A stretch of DNA of 62,551 nucleotides, the filler included. It is 11 parts of 11 records of this genome, joined end to end, with 100 filler letters (N's around TTAATTAATTAA, not from the genome) between each part and the next. Parts side by side here need not be neighbours in the genome. Positions count along the whole stretch, not along the records: positions 57,230 to 62,551 come from SRR7504441_11987; 10 more parts are not named here. One strand, given 5' to 3'. Shown here piece after piece: positions 62,180 to 62,551 of this stretch. The position numbers were made by a program, and so were the translations under genes. The notes beneath the pieces were generated by a model. That model ran no database searches, was not told where the DNA came from, and saw only the letters and a list, made by a program, of their open reading frames with translations. Each line of letters begins with the position of its first letter. Within the stretch, counting starts at the first letter, position 1.

Positions 62180-62551
62180 CGGTTTGCTGCACCCGAGACG
62201 GCTCCTGCTCCGAGCTGGGGCCCGGCACTCGCTGCGATCCGGGCTGGGTGAGTCGTTGAGCCAAGCCAACGGATCAACCCAGACACCAGCTGCAGGCACC
62301 AACTGCAGACTCGAGTGCCAGTGAGTCGAGTCTGTCGGTCTGTGGGATGACTCCCGCATATATCCCGCATACACAATCGGGTGGTAGTGAGGCACTCGAG
62401 ACATGTTGAACCAAATCTACCTACTTATTACTTATTATTTACTGGTAATGTTGTACACCCGCTTGGTTAAAGCCAAGCTTAACCTCGTTAACCTGATCGG
62501 TTCAAATGACATGAAACCGTTTGCTTGCGATGACTGCGACCCACTCGAATC

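Overview
This window is eukaryotic, not prokaryotic. It holds 11 unrelated GC-rich, gene-dense contig pieces joined by artificial 100-nt spacers (N44-TTAATTAATTAA-N44). The source looks like a protist genome, but I cannot assign the taxon from sequence alone. Most genes are split by tiny (about 30-60 nt) GC-rich spliceosomal introns, so the ORF track is fragmentary; I rebuilt exon chains by hand using conserved motifs. Recognisable genes: ADP-ribosylglycohydrolase, a UVR-FHA-PPEF-type phosphatase, ABCG transporter, ERGIC/thioredoxin (PDI-C-like) protein, USP40-like deubiquitinase, GRDP/DUF1399-like protein, U-box-FYVE-PI3-kinase, bestrophin, RluA pseudouridine synthase, a degenerate PSD2-like protein, class-3 lipase, DEAD-box helicase, organellar IleRS, ankyrin protein, SRAP/HMCES, mitochondrial carrier, P5C reductase, sialate O-acetylesterase, LPCAT, a SURNod19-like protein and VPS35. 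Main signals: (1) at least 14 GC-AG introns whose donors are always exon AG|GC with no intronic consensus; (2) an unnamed domain of about 90 aa shared by two genes, whose homologous intron is GT in one and GC in the other; (3) unusual domain fusions; (4) a candidate intronic C/D snoRNA and a 30-nt intron made of telomere repeats; (5) head-to-head gene pairs 25-170 nt apart and a palindromic TACATGTA motif seen only downstream of stop codons; (6) an unidentified multi-stem element. All family calls come from motif recognition, not database searches.
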